From NCBI RefSeq assembly GCF_000150275.1, contig NW_002060943.1, positions 1,173,830 through 1,237,829 on the forward strand: a stretch of DNA of 64,000 nt, written 5' to 3'. The stretch comes from Trichoplax adhaerens (taxonomy: Eukaryota; Animalia; Placozoa). Under the pieces are notes generated by a model that was not told where the DNA came from, ran no database searches, and worked only from the letters and a program-made list of their open reading frames with translations. This document shows positions 1-13,098 of this stretch, in pieces. Positions within the stretch are counted from its first letter, which is position 1, and each line of letters starts with the position of its first letter. The translations under genes and the position numbers were made by a program.

Positions 1-779
1 TTTGACTACGTTACTGTATTATCAGTATATTGTATAAATGATCTAATTTAAATATTTTTATTTTTGATTTAAAGTTGATCCGATTTACATTTTTATCTTC
101 GATTATCTACCAAGTATATTACTGAGGAAAAAGTTATTCATTTCCTGTATAAAAGTGTTAGTTATAAAATATAACCGAAAATTTAATACGTCATAACCAG
201 TGATACATTTGTGTATAAAATGACTATGAGTACTTTTAACTTATAGTTATCGCGATGATATGGACTCGTAAATAAAATTAAATCATTAATCTCGTGTCTC
301 TTTTACTTGAAATTTGAGTGCGATCAATTGTAATGTTTTTATTTCATTCGGTGGAATATACAGTATTTGCACACGTGCAAACATTGAAATTTTACAATCT
401 AAAAAATCGTCAATTTTGCGCTATGCTGAGGTGTACAGTAGTCACCGAAAATCGAAGCGTATTGGCATGTAAATACGCGCAATAGTAGATGCACTATGCT
501 TTATATAATAGTATTCTATTTCCAGTATATAATTATAATTGATCAACTGCAAGGTGAAGCCTCTCTGTTTACAATTATACAGTATTTGTAAATGCTTGTT
601 GAGTTGTATTAGTTATGGACACAGACTAATTCTAGAATAGATTTGCAATTCCATTACAAAAAGCAAATAATCTCATTTATTGATATTTTAATCTGATATC
701 TGAATATATTTTATATTTTAGAGCAATTCATAAAACAGTATAGGCCTATCAGTATAATACATTAACAGCAGTTAAGGAG

Positions 780-1892
780 TTAAGCTACAGCTTGGGCTTT
801 TCTATCTCCTTTTCTTTGATAAAGCTGTTGTATTCTTCTATATTCGTCGGAGATGTTTTGCAAATCAATTCCATACATGATCGTTGATAACCATAATTGC
901 CAGCATTCTTGGTTGAACCTGATGATACCTTCTTTCTTCTTTACCTTTTGAAATAATGGTAATGAATGCTTAATCCATACTACATTTTTTATGCCTTCGT
1001 TATCTGCTAAGTTTAGGGTGTTTAACTGATAATAAATAAAGGCAAACATCCTGCCATTGGTAACAATTGTGTTCATAGCTAATGGATTATCTATTAACTC
1101 TTGGTCTGTTCTTATCTTATACTCATTTACAGCAACAGCTCGCAAGACAGCATGACTGTACATGATTGCATGGCTTAGGAGTTGCGATGTGGGTCGCGAT
1201 TTGGCTTTCAGATCGACGAGGAAGAGTGTATGAGGATAGGGGTAAGGGCTACCAGGATGAAATCCATAGGAAAGGTCTTTTTGAACTCGATATCGGGACA
1301 TATCGATAACAGGTGAGACAGGGGCTACGTCTTGTATCGGCTGATTGAAAGTGGATTCTATTTCATTTTTGGAGGCGAACAGTTGTAGCGGCTTAGAAGA
1401 GCATAATAAAAAGCCTGGATGTCCTCTTACAGCGATATGATGTCGACTTCTGCGCCAATCGGCTGCAATTTTAGGTTTAAATGTAAACGATCGGTCAAGC
1501 AATTCAGGGTATTTATGAGCTTGTGTGGCTACAACTCTTAGCATATTTTGAGTTAAGCTGGTATTGTGATATTCGCGTGTGGCAATCTTTTCTTGATAGC
1601 CATAGACACGAGATTGAATGACACAATCTTTAATAAAACCTTCCAATTCTTTCGCGATTGGTTGTAATGATTCTTGCGTAGGTAAAGTAGCAGGTAAAGC
1701 ATCGTCCGAGAGAACAGTCTTGGTTAAATACAAAGCTTGTTTTTCACCTTCCAATATCGTGACATGTGGGTGATAAACGTAAGCCGAAAAGGTTGAAAGG
1801 GTGCCCAAGCAATCTTTACGGTAAGTATATTTGACCCCTAATGTTCTCGTACGAGTGAGTGCTGAGATGGCAATACAACTAATTTTGGCCAT
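780..1892 (-). CDS. MRPL37: Mitochondrial large ribosomal subunit protein mL37 (single coding exon)
   Basis: Uninterrupted ORF whose first in-frame ATG is at 1892 (the track's 1904 start is TTG). The C-terminal block PYPYPHTLFL...NPLAMNTIVTNGRMFAFIYYQLNTLNL..NEGIKNVVW matches the mL37 signature (human [36 protein letters not shown]). The basic, hydroxylated N-terminus resembles a mitochondrial presequence. Confidence 0.88.
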   Translation of the reverse strand: MAKISCIAISALTRTRTLGVKYTYRKDCLGTLSTFSAYVYHPHVTILEGEKQALYLTKTVLSDDALPATLPTQESLQPIAKELEGFIKDCVIQSRVYGYQEKIATREYHNTSLTQNMLRVVATQAHKYPELLDRSFTFKPKIAADWRRSRHHIAVRGHPGFLLCSSKPLQLFASKNEIESTFNQPIQDVAPVSPVIDMSRYRVQKDLSYGFHPGSPYPYPHTLFLVDLKAKSRPTSQLLSHAIMYSHAVLRAVAVNEYKIRTDQELIDNPLAMNTIVTNGRMFAFIYYQLNTLNLADNEGIKNVVWIKHSLPLFQKVKKKEGIIRFNQECWQLWLSTIMYGIDLQNISDEYRRIQQLYQRKGDRKAQAVA

Positions 1893-2116
1893 TTCGCTTT
1901 GCAATGATCTGGAATATGTTGCAGTGATTAATTAAACTTCATGGAGGAATGAGACAACGGTCTTGATCGTTCAGAACGCGTGCTGCTGTTTCCGTATACT
2001 GCACCATCCAGTCAGAGTCGAAATGGGTAGTGGGAAAGCGCTTGGAGTAAGAGATTTCCGACTGACAGACGGGCATTGGTACTGAGCATACTCAGTGAGC
2101 GATCTAGAGTTCCAGG

Positions 2117-2822
2117 GTACAGTACACGTCCAGACGGTATACAGTACTGTAGTACTATACACTGTACACTGTATAGTGCTGATTACCAGTCTGAGTCATA
2201 GTGTACTGTATAGTGTATAGAACAATACTGCCATACTCTACTGTACCAGTGGTCAAGAACCAAGAAGTGCACCATGGACAAGGAGAAATTCCGATCTTCT
2301 GTAGTGATCTATGACTGCACGTTACCTTTGTATAGCAAAATTGGCGTTTATTAAGATATGACGCTGTGGATGTTGTATAAAACTGAAATTTAACTACCTA
2401 TTTCAAATATATAGCTCATATCCTGTCGATTGATATGAGTTTTACTCCAAACTGGTCAATGCTTCTCCATTTATTCCATTTTTCGTCAGTATCTGTTCTG
2501 TAGTCACTGGCAGAGTACAGTACAGTATACTGTACTCTACAGTACGTACTGTAAAACTGTACTGTAGAGAGGCAGCGATACTGTACGTGTACAGCGTGTT
2601 TCGGAATGTGTTGCAACGAAATCCATACAAATTTCTATAAATTGTTACGTAACTTTCCGGGTTTTTTGGGGAGAAGAAAGCCTATGAGTTGAACGGTATG
2701 GATATGAGATGCATGTTGTACTCGCGCGCGCAATCGTAACGCAAATGTTCATCAAAGTTCAATGTTGAATTCACTATTTCCATAGTTTATTTGCTATCAG
2801 TATTTTGTACTGTACTGTAGTA
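2117..2822. promoter_or_regulatory. Bidirectional promoter region (MRPL37 / CXorf65-like) with TACAGTA/TACTGTA motif clusters
   Basis: Lies between divergent starts at 1892 (-) and 3573 (+). Dense (TACAG/TACTG)n runs at about 2117-2250, 2500-2595 and 2805-2822, plus TTCCGG and GCGCGCGC elements near 2655-2731. Confidence 0.55.
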
Positions 2823-3572
2823 TGATGAATAAGAAAGCCCCCAAATTATGACCATGGACAGACGTACAGACAGTGAGATGATAGAAAGTCTTTTCGAACT
2901 TTTTGATTGCAAGATTATGAATGATCTTGTGACTTTCACTTGAAAATCCTTCTAGAAGTGTTCAAAGCTACTTCATCTGACATTTTAACATCACCATGTG
3001 ATTAATTCATTCCATTTCACGGTAGAATACTGACCTTAGTTACATAATTAATAAGATGCTCTAATAAAACATCACCGACTAGAAAACTATCGATCAATGA
3101 AAGCGATTGTGGAGAGACATTCAAGTACATACGAAATCCCCTTCAGAAAGAACACGATTGCAATACTCTTCAATATGAAACACCAGCCGCTTTTGATACA
3201 GTAGACTATACATTGATCAAAGGACAACGCTATTGACAATAATACAATAGGATAGTGGAGTGATTGTATTCAACTTTCCTATTGTGAACAAATAAACTCA
3301 TTTTGATTGGTCCATTCCGTTGCCATTACGACGGTCAAGGATACTTGTTACTCCAGTCAGTACGTTTACTATTGATGTTATTCCTTATGACCTATTTTAG
3401 TTGCCATTTGGATAAGATTATTGAAGGATCAAAAATAAAGTCACTTGAATACATCTAAATCGATCTTAGATTAGATTAAGATAGTTAGAACAATTACTTA
3501 ATTTACTTGATAAACGCTTGCTTACCCACGGTATCATCTCATCGAAAGACGAGGAATCCATCAATCGCAACG

Positions 3573-5128
3573 ATGTTTATTAAAGTTCGCTATAGCGGTA
3601 AGATTGAGATGGCGAGTGGTAAACATAGTTGTATTCTTATAAATAGGATGCAATTATACATCAACAAAATAAAGTCTAGACAACGTTAACAATATAGAGA
3701 GGCATTTTTTTATTGATATCGTCGACGAGTATTCGACATAAGAGTAGATATCCGTCTTCAGTCTTGTATATTTTAAAATACAGTATAAAAGTAAGCATAT
3801 TCTCTATCGTATCCGTCAATTTCTAGATAGCAAAGAAGTAATCGTTAATCCTAATTGCCGTGTCTTTGTATTACTTGAAAGTTTAAAGAAGACTTGTTCA
3901 CTAGAAAGTGATGGTAAGTAACGTGTTGCATGAAAATGTAGACATCTTTATTCTTCTATCCTTGATTAGTATAGCCCTCAAGTTTTATTCTATTAATATT
4001 GGCCAATTACGCTTGCTTATTGTCTATAAAATTACTTTACCTTTTATTGGTATCCTTGACTTAATGATTGATCGAATGATATTACCACAGTTACCGTCGA
4101 TTTATCTGACGAAGAGGGCAACGTAAAATTTTTAAGCGATTCTTTGAATAGCTATGCTAATGAACATCTGAATGAGCGAAGCAGCTACATCTTAATCAGA
4201 GTTCAGAGTAAGTACAAGCATATCTACCCTCATATTATTGTACAGTATGTCAATAGAGTAAGTCTTCGACAAGGCAAACAAACATTGAAGCTGGGCGACG
4301 ATAACCATCATTACTAAACGAATGACTCAATTCTCTTAAGTAACCTACTTAATAATATAATTATAGTTATGGAATGAGTAATAATTGTATTCAAATTTGG
4401 TATCATGCTTATTAGGTAGTAGTTGTATCGCTTAGTGGCATATCGTATCATACAATTGGAATAATACAATTTGCATACACTTAAGAAAAGTCTTCTAGAT
4501 TAACTTCATAGTCATAACGACTACTGTTAAGAATGAAATTTTGAAAATTATTTAGAATCATCTAATGATACCAAAAATTACGTTCCCTTGCTTATCGATG
4601 ATGAAGTAATCAATGAAGAATTCCTAGGTAAGCATTACAGTATGCCAGTATCGATAACCCTAATAGTCTTATTTTATTGATTGTTTAATTCCATCTTTAA
4701 CATTTTATCACTTTATATCTCTTGCTTAATTACATATTGATCATAATAAGAAATTAAGTACAGTATAGGCCGGGCTAAAATAGTGATATACTGATGATGT
4801 AAGCGTTATTACAGAACTGGAGTATCACATATGGACTTAATGCTTACTCTTGTACTTATTTTGAGTAGCACGCTTGCAACCTAAAATTACCATCGAGGAA
4901 TCAGCTAGTATGCAGAGTCTTACGACTAAGGCATTAGCCCCTCAAGCTCGACGAACTAGTTGGTTTGTCGGAAAGAAATCACGTAATGGGTCAAATAAGA
5001 CGAAATCGATCAATGAAGCAAAATTGAAAACTGGCCAGGACAAAAGTACCACAGAAAAAAGATCGACATCACAAATTGGTAGGAAAATTAAATCTCCATC
5101 AAGAGAATTTAAGGCAGGTAATGCTTGA
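3573..5128 (+). CDS. CXorf65/C22orf15-family protein (Il2rg-domain-like), 5 exons
   Basis: Hand-spliced GT-AG exons 3573-3597, 3827-3913, 4091-4207, 4556-4627 and 4869-5128 are all phase-compatible. They give MFIKVRYSDSKEVIVNPNCRVFVLLESLKKTC...VDLSDEEGNVKFL...YANEHLNERSSYILIRV...YVPLL plus a basic tail, matching the family pattern MFI.....NxNC...LL...DL....G...YA...L..R..Y....V...VPLL. Confidence 0.8.
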
Positions 5129-8100
5129 TAAATAAGGAGTGCTTGATGAGGTAAAGAGGTTGATCTCAGGTTAACAAGTAGCAATAGCTGCTTAATAATT
5201 AATATAAATCATTGTTTCATGGCTATATTGTTAAATCGATTATGCCTATGGCTGTTAACTATCTGATATATTTTTGATATTAATATCACTGTTTATAAAA
5301 TTTACTTCATAATATTGGCGCATTAGGCGTAAATACAATAATAATCAAGGATATCAGTCCGTTTATCTTATTACAGTATCATAAGATATATGAATCATCA
5401 GATACTCAAAAATATAAACGTTTATGATTTGAACTTAAATGATATTTAACCCAGATATTAAGATTCATCTTTTCAAGTCATTTCTTCAAGATAATACCTT
5501 TATAATTTTGTGTCATATTTATTCCGTAGTCAAATCTATTTTGATATAATGATGTATAAATTTGATTTATGTGACTACTATCTATTTTGTATTGCAATGG
5601 TGAGTCAATCCATTTAAAGCCAATCTTGGCAAGAAGCGGTATTCATATAATGTAACGTAGTTTTAACCTAGTATTGCTTAATTTATTTATCTGCATAAAG
5701 TAAAAGCCTATAAACGTGATTTAGTCAAGTTTAAACTCCTATTTGAGAGGAGTAATCATTAAATTTAATAAGTTATTCATTTCTTTGCTTAGATTGGATT
5801 TAAGCATTAAGTTATTGATATTACTTTTGTGATAACTAGTCCTGAGGCCATCTACCATCGTCAATGTCATGTTTAAATTTCATTTTTGGCAATCGAACCC
5901 ATTTAATCGTGGGTCATAAACATGTACGATTAAAAGCCCTCAATAAATTTTATATTATATGCTCCATCATTACTCTTTATTCAGATATCTGCTACTACTG
6001 AGTTTACAATATTTGGACCCTGTGCTGTAAATACTGTTAGAGTGTTAATGGATTTTTTACATTAATTTCGTCATCAAATATAATTCGATTTTGATTTTGA
6101 TTCTTACCCAGATATCGAAATTATCAATTATAAGGTTATAACTAGCTGAACAACTTAAATTTTAGATCACAGCTTTCCATTAAAGGATAATTTGACTTGA
6201 CATGCCTGTTAATAATTGACATTAAGCAGAAGTTTTTTAGGTCAAGCGTTATTATTATTTAATTAAAAATCCTGAGAGTTTAGTAGTTTATTTTTTGCGC
6301 CTTTTATGAGATTGTTGCAGCGAGAAAGATATGCTGGACAGATTTATAAAATTGTTGACGCTACACAGTTTTTCAATATTCTGGGCCGGCTAATGACAAC
6401 CAAGTAAATTACAATAACTTTCTCTCTCACTAAATTTTTAAAGTTTTCTACGTTTTTTTAAGACTATCGTCAACGTTCAATTAACTTTACTACTTTAGAT
6501 TCTATTATATATAATGGTAGCAAATGAATCATATCGGTTTTGTACCAGCATTTGCAATTCGAATACAACTAAGAGTCACAAATGTCTGATTACACACTCT
6601 TATTATTGCTTAGTCTGTGTTAAATCCTTTATAAAAACAATTTTATTTTCAATAGCAGTTTTTAAGAACGTAAAATAGAAGGTTTGGACTAGCTATAAGT
6701 TTCTTAATTGAAATGAAAGTCTTAGAAAGAAATTTAATTTCAAGCAGATATACCCGGGCTGATTTAATCTTTTTGGGGTATTTCTGTGTAAGACTACAGG
6801 TGTAAAGTTTTCATATTCATATTCAGTACCTCATCAATGAACGAGTCGTTTAATATAAATTTTTCTAATTATTTCTGAAAGAATAAGGACAAAGTAAGAG
6901 TTGGAGTATTTTAAGTTCAATTACAAGGCTTTGCTAACGTACCCTTGAAAGAAGAACATAGATTGGCTGCAAAAACTGAGTACTGGTTTAATTCTGAATT
7001 ATTAAAGCAGACAATTAATAGTTATGAAATTAACGTCTAGCAGTTATAGTCAGCCTATACATCGGTATACTGAAGCACTGTAAGTATGTACTATATTCAT
7101 AACAAGCAATGCATACTTACAGAGCAAATAATCAATTAGTGCATGTATCATGAGATTTATGAATTTATATCAGCAATGAAGGCATGCTACTTTACAAACC
7201 ATATTTTATTATAAATCAAATTTTATTGTAAATGTGTATCCCAATTCTCTTTCGCACTAATATTCTATACGTACAGTATGAGAGTATAAGTGTCAAATGC
7301 ATTAATCGTGTAGTGAACTTATTTATATTTAATTTATCATACGAAACATACTCTATTTACTGGGTATATGCATAACCAGTAGCTAACCCTCTTTTATTTA
7401 GCTATTGCTCTTACTTGTCGGTCAACATTGCCTATAGTTATGGCATATTGATTTATAGAGATTATAGCTTTGGTACCATACATAAATTTTATTAATATAC
7501 TGCGTACGATTGTATAAATATAGAACTATAGCTGTAGTGTATAATTATTGTATAAAAATACACGATTTAAGCTGCTTTTATCCTGCATATAATTACTATC
7601 CGCGTATGACTAATCGATTTCTATCTACTTAGTCAGACGTAATGACTTGTGTGGAATTATTACTAGTGATGATATCATATTTATTTTGAACTCTAATTTT
7701 TGGTAAGTGAGCGATTAGAATCAGTTTGGTCTAATTTTTTATTTATTAACTATAATTATAACCTACATCCATGGCAATCTACGTGTTAAAAAACCCATGC
7801 AATCATTTGTGTTTTACAAAACTCATATACGCTGTAATGATTGAGTACAGTAAAGCTATTTATGACTGCATGCATATGTGTTGGATCTTAATTGGAAAAT
7901 ATTTATAGGGAATACTAAGAAATTGACAAGTATCGTAAATATATTGAGAACATTTTCTAATAACTAGTTAACACTAGTATAATTAGCTACGTTCTATTGC
8001 TTATACGTTATTGTTATAAGCTATCTTAAAATGCACCTGCATATCACAATTGAGTACAAACAAGCTAAATTTTAGCCAGCTGATTTATTCTCATAATCTT

Positions 8101-10352
8101 AACTACGTATTATTAGTTGTTAGTTATACACTTACGTTGTCATCACTAACTATTTTGATTGACAACTATACATTTGATGGAGAATAAACAGTCTAATTGT
8201 TAATATTAATTTCTGTTTGACTGAGAAAACGGCGATAATCAACCTCAAAGGTATATTACTCATTTAACTTATTATCTACTTTTAAATTGTAATAATTCTA
8301 ACAATTTATAACATAATAACTGATAGATGCATTCAATTCTTATAAAAGTTAATATTCTTTCAACAATTCCATAATTCGTGCTATTAACATTGAGTATGAT
8401 CTCATCATAAGATTAAATAAGAATTAAATGCCAAGGAATTCTAAGTCAATGAGGATGCCTAATGGACATGTAATCATTATCATTTTTATCGACATAAGAA
8501 AGCGAAGATAGCTTGAAAGAACTTCTGTCCACGATAACATATTTATTTGATGTTTACGTATTTACTTATCCCGTTTTCTGAAAGACTATGACAACGACTA
8601 TGCATTACGGTTTACGTTATTGATTAATATATCAAATAACTGTTGATAACTTGCGCTACATATAGATGTGATATGGCTAAGAATCACTTCCGTTCATAAT
8701 GACATATTTAAAAAATATGATGTAGTATTGAAGTTGATACCCGCTCTATTTCCGTATAACCAGAGCAGTAACCAGCATACTACAATTTACAATATTATTG
8801 TAAATAAAAATATCAAATAGCTATGGGCTACATCGTATAAAAAGGCGTACTCGTATAGCCTTGGGAAAAGATCTATTCAGAATGACTTATTAAATTAGAG
8901 TAGTGTAGTATTCGAATATTTACTTTGCTTATTTTAGGAAGGCTACGACAATAATCCTTCTATAATATCGCCAAATTTGACCTTAAAAATGGTACCAGAC
9001 ACCAATCTATAGATTGAACTATATAGAAAAGTCTATATAGCCCAGAAAAACGCTCCTTCATATTTACATATTTTATCAGGGTTACATATTATTCAGATAT
9101 TTATTTACCTTATTTTCTAGTAGACTAAGACAATAGTCAAAGTGATAGCAACCACTTAATTTACTTATAGAAAAAAATGAATTGTAAATGCATGTGCTCA
9201 AGAAATTATGGATAGTTACAAGCGGGGGCGCTATAGCCAGCATAGTTGATATGTTGACGTAATTTGGAAAATAAATTTACATTACGACTAGACAAAGTCA
9301 AGAAATGATTACTCATGATTCACACTATTTGTATTTCGTGTTGCATACCCATAATTTCAGTTGTAATAACAAACTTTACTATAATACGGTATCCTCAGAT
9401 ATGCAAAAACTAATATTTAAGGTATACTACGGATGTCTTCACCCTATAATATTCATGAATACAGTAGTAAAAGATCAAAGTCCGCCATTAATATGTTGTC
9501 CGTGGATATCAGCTAATTTTATAACAGTTGCCTAATCGATTGTATTAACTACATCGCCTTTATAATAATACTGTATAGATATTATCAAGACTAATTACGA
9601 TTAAGTTTGCTCTCGAGGAAGTAGTAGTTCTCAATTATATTTTTTTCTTGTACCAGTTCCTACAGTAAGAGCTGATCTTAGAGAAAAAATTGAATCATCC
9701 TGTTATACAGCGAGTACTATTTGGCTTAATAACAGCAACATTTTAACCCGTAAATCAATTTCAAATCACTTCCGCATTTATTTAACAATTTTCTTTTCGC
9801 TTGGCAACCTTACCAATAATTGCTATCCAAAAAAATTGATGATAGTCCTATAGGACTAGAAGAAAGCTGTCATCGCTAAAGGGTCCAAAATGCGGTTTAA
9901 CTGATTGTTATGCTATTTCATTCTTAATGACAAAATTATATTATGCGGTTAAGATGAATGAATAGAATTACGATATTTTAAGTGATGCAAGTAGAATATT
10001 TTTCTTACTACTACATACTGATGAGCTTTATTGATTGACGACTGGATTAATTCCATGTGGTAGCCATATGTTGCTGATTACTGAGCATTTTTGAAAAATA
10101 GTTTTATTATTGACTGTGTGCATACTTTTTATTGATGGAAACATACGATAGCAAGTAACTGATTCATCACCGATAAAACTGGAATTATAAATAGGATCCC
10201 ATTGCATTAGTTGGCTATTGATTCATTCTTCTTCTTTTATTCTGTTATTTTAAATATAGCCACGGTATAATAAGGGGAGGAGGCAATTATGATATGATCT
10301 AAATGGAAGAAATAGTACGAGAACATAGAAAAAATCGAAACAGATAGAGTGG

Positions 10353-10830
10353 ATAGCGCTGGAAAACATCAGCTGTATTATAGAATTAATGAACTAATTG
10401 ACATTAGAATGGCAAAGCCATCCATCAATCTTTCATTATACCTCATCAATATTCAAATTATTGCATACCATAGATCAATACAACAGTAATATCCTTCAGG
10501 TGGCTTAACTCATTTCGATCCTGTTTTACAATACTTTTAATTGAATATCATTTGCATTAGTTATACAATCTCGTGAATTGGGATTGTATTAGTACTCTGC
10601 CACTATTATTATAGTAGAACTAAGCAAACGGCCACGATCATCATTCTTGCTGGAACATTGTCTACACCCTCTATCATTCCACTGGCTACGGACAATCTAT
10701 GGACAAAAATTCTTTTTCAATCATTAAATAGACTCAGATATTACCCATAGATTGCCTATACTAGTTTATCAATAGCATTATCCCTTATTTTTCCTATTAT
10801 GATTACTATGCCCTTATATTATCATTGGAA
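10353..10830 (+). pseudogene. Possible decayed class A GPCR fragment
   Basis: Broken frames give TM-like blocks in the expected order: IALENISCII (TM1 GN-like), KPSINLSLYLINIQIIA (TM2), TKQTATIIILAGTLSTPSIIPL (TM4), YTSLSIALSLIFPIMITMPLY (TM5). Multiple stops and frameshifts. Confidence 0.25.
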
Positions 10831-11384
10831 TTTATGATTTTATCATAATTAATTGCCTCACAAGACATCTTGTAAGTAACAGAGAAAAAATTTTCTTTAC
10901 CTACCTTGTAATTTGCATTTATTTTAGAGGATTTGAATTGATCATGTATTCATACTTGTAGAGTCAAATTTAATGCGTTCATGTCAGAAAGTAATATTAA
11001 TACTCCTTGATAACCAGCTATTGGGAATAATTATTTAGCCTTTCGACCGGTATTTTTTTACTGCCGTTTACTGTAATAGTGATCTTCGAGAATCGTCTGC
11101 ATACCACGCAATATTTGCGATAAGATGATGAAATTTTTATAACTACTTTCACGTTATAGTCTTTGGTTTACAGAAGGACTATTTTGTGATTAAGATAAAT
11201 TTATCTATCCTACTCTAGGGTATTAACTATTTATTCTAAAGATTTTTAAAATGATAGCAATATAGTCATAATTTCGTTCATCATTTAGAAACATTTTATT
11301 TACTAATACAGTCATCCAGTGCCGTCGGTATTTTTGTTAGGAAGGAATGTCCTTTCATACGTGTATTCGTTTACTCTTATATTC

Positions 11385-11815
11385 TCATTTTCTTTCGCGG
11401 CTTTAATGGCAACATTTCAAAGTATCAATTTAATGGATTGGCTTATATTTTAATCCTTACCATATCAGATTAAAATTGAGTTAATGTAGCGAAAATCATT
11501 TAATTTTACTTCTTCTGCAAACCATTTAATCGAAGCTATTTAGTACTAAAATATCAATCATTTGGAAGAAGTACATCGACCGACTAAGTCATTCTTTCTT
11601 CCACCCTTTTAATAGCAACATTTCAAAATATCATTTTAGTGAATTGGTTTATGTTTTAATCCTTTTTAAAAACAGATTCGGATTGAAGTCGTGTTGTAAA
11701 AATCATTTAACTTTTTCTATAAGCCATTCAATCACAACTGTATAGTAGTAAAATATCAATCGTTTGGAATATTTAAATCGACCGGTTAGGTTATTCTTAC
11801 TTCGCCGGTTTTAAT
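11385..11815. repeat. Diverged tandem duplication, ~205-bp period, about 2.1 copies
   Basis: ttaat(g/a)gcaacatttcaaa...attgg.ttat.ttttaatcctt...aaaatcatttaa...taaaatatcaatc.tttggaa...atcgaccg recurs at about 11400-11590 and 11605-11795. Confidence 0.75.
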
Positions 11816-13098
11816 AAAGTAGTTTAACACACTACTTCAGTATAATAGCCTACTGTATATTATTTGTAAATAACTAACTGTAGATTGCGTTATGGTCGTG
11901 AAATCAATTTTCTAATCCTAAGATTAAACTTCTAACTCATCAACAGTTAAGAAAAATACTCTTGGTCATTGTCCAAACTAAACCACTACATTACTATTTA
12001 TGCACTTTCATACAAAAAAATACTCTAGACTTCTAATTTGATGCGTTGACTACGTATTAATCCTGTTAGAGAGTAAGTTAAAACTAGTATTTGCAATTGA
12101 AACCGTTTAACCTATGCTCCTACTGTAAATTTATTGATCTTAGATTTATGCATAGTGTCAAATCAAGTATTTCTAACGAAAAATACTCTTCAATATCCAT
12201 ACTAGTCTATTAACTTATTTGCTAATTTTCAAAGCGATATACCACTAAATAATATTTTATTACATTAAGGCCATAACTTAGTCTTTTTCAACAGTATATT
12301 AAATTGGTTGTTGCAGTTGAAAGTATTTCATTTTTGTCTTTGTCCTACGATTTCAATCATATTTATACACTTAAACATCGGTATATCATCGTTCGCTAAG
12401 AAAGAATATTCCAGATCACCGTTCATGTAATCCCTAGCCTATTTTGTACGTCTTATCAATCTTAATACCAATACTTGAAAATAAGGCTTTGATCCATTGC
12501 TTTACATTTTTAACCTTCACCTATGCTAGAAGATTGGATTTTTATAGTTGAATTTGTCTAATCTTTCCCTTTATAATAGAAATCATATTCATACCTAAAC
12601 TACGACAATATCAATCATTTAATCATTAAGGATAAATATAATCATATTCGGATATCAACCATATCAATTTTGCTAACTTTTATTTCTTTGATCGTTGATT
12701 TGAAAGTAACGATTTAAAATACTTTTCTGATTGGTTGGCTTCCATTTATCCCTTCTTAACTGCAATTAAAATCAAATGAATTTATCTTTTCTACTGCATA
12801 AATCTGTATAAACTACAAGGTCATGCCAACACCATTCGTCATAATCATTTACTTTGACATAAATAGTAGTCGATCTGTTAGCCTTTAAACTGCTCTAAAT
12901 ACTTGGAATATTCATGATGTTAACTTCTTATAAAAGTACGTTGTGTTATATGAAAGATTATTTCACTCTTTTTCAATCTAATGTTCAATTTATCTTCGTG
13001 GTTTCCTTGTTAGATTTGCGACTACCGTCTTGGAAAACAAGATTGGTCAATCCCACTTTTATTTTAAGTAGATAAATTTCCTGCATCGATGTTTCAAA

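Noticed and set aside
1971-2630. Short ORFs rich in Y/S/T/V/C (also those at 47182-48172)
   Set aside because: They are translations of the TACAG/TACTG repeat arrays, with no domain or splice support.
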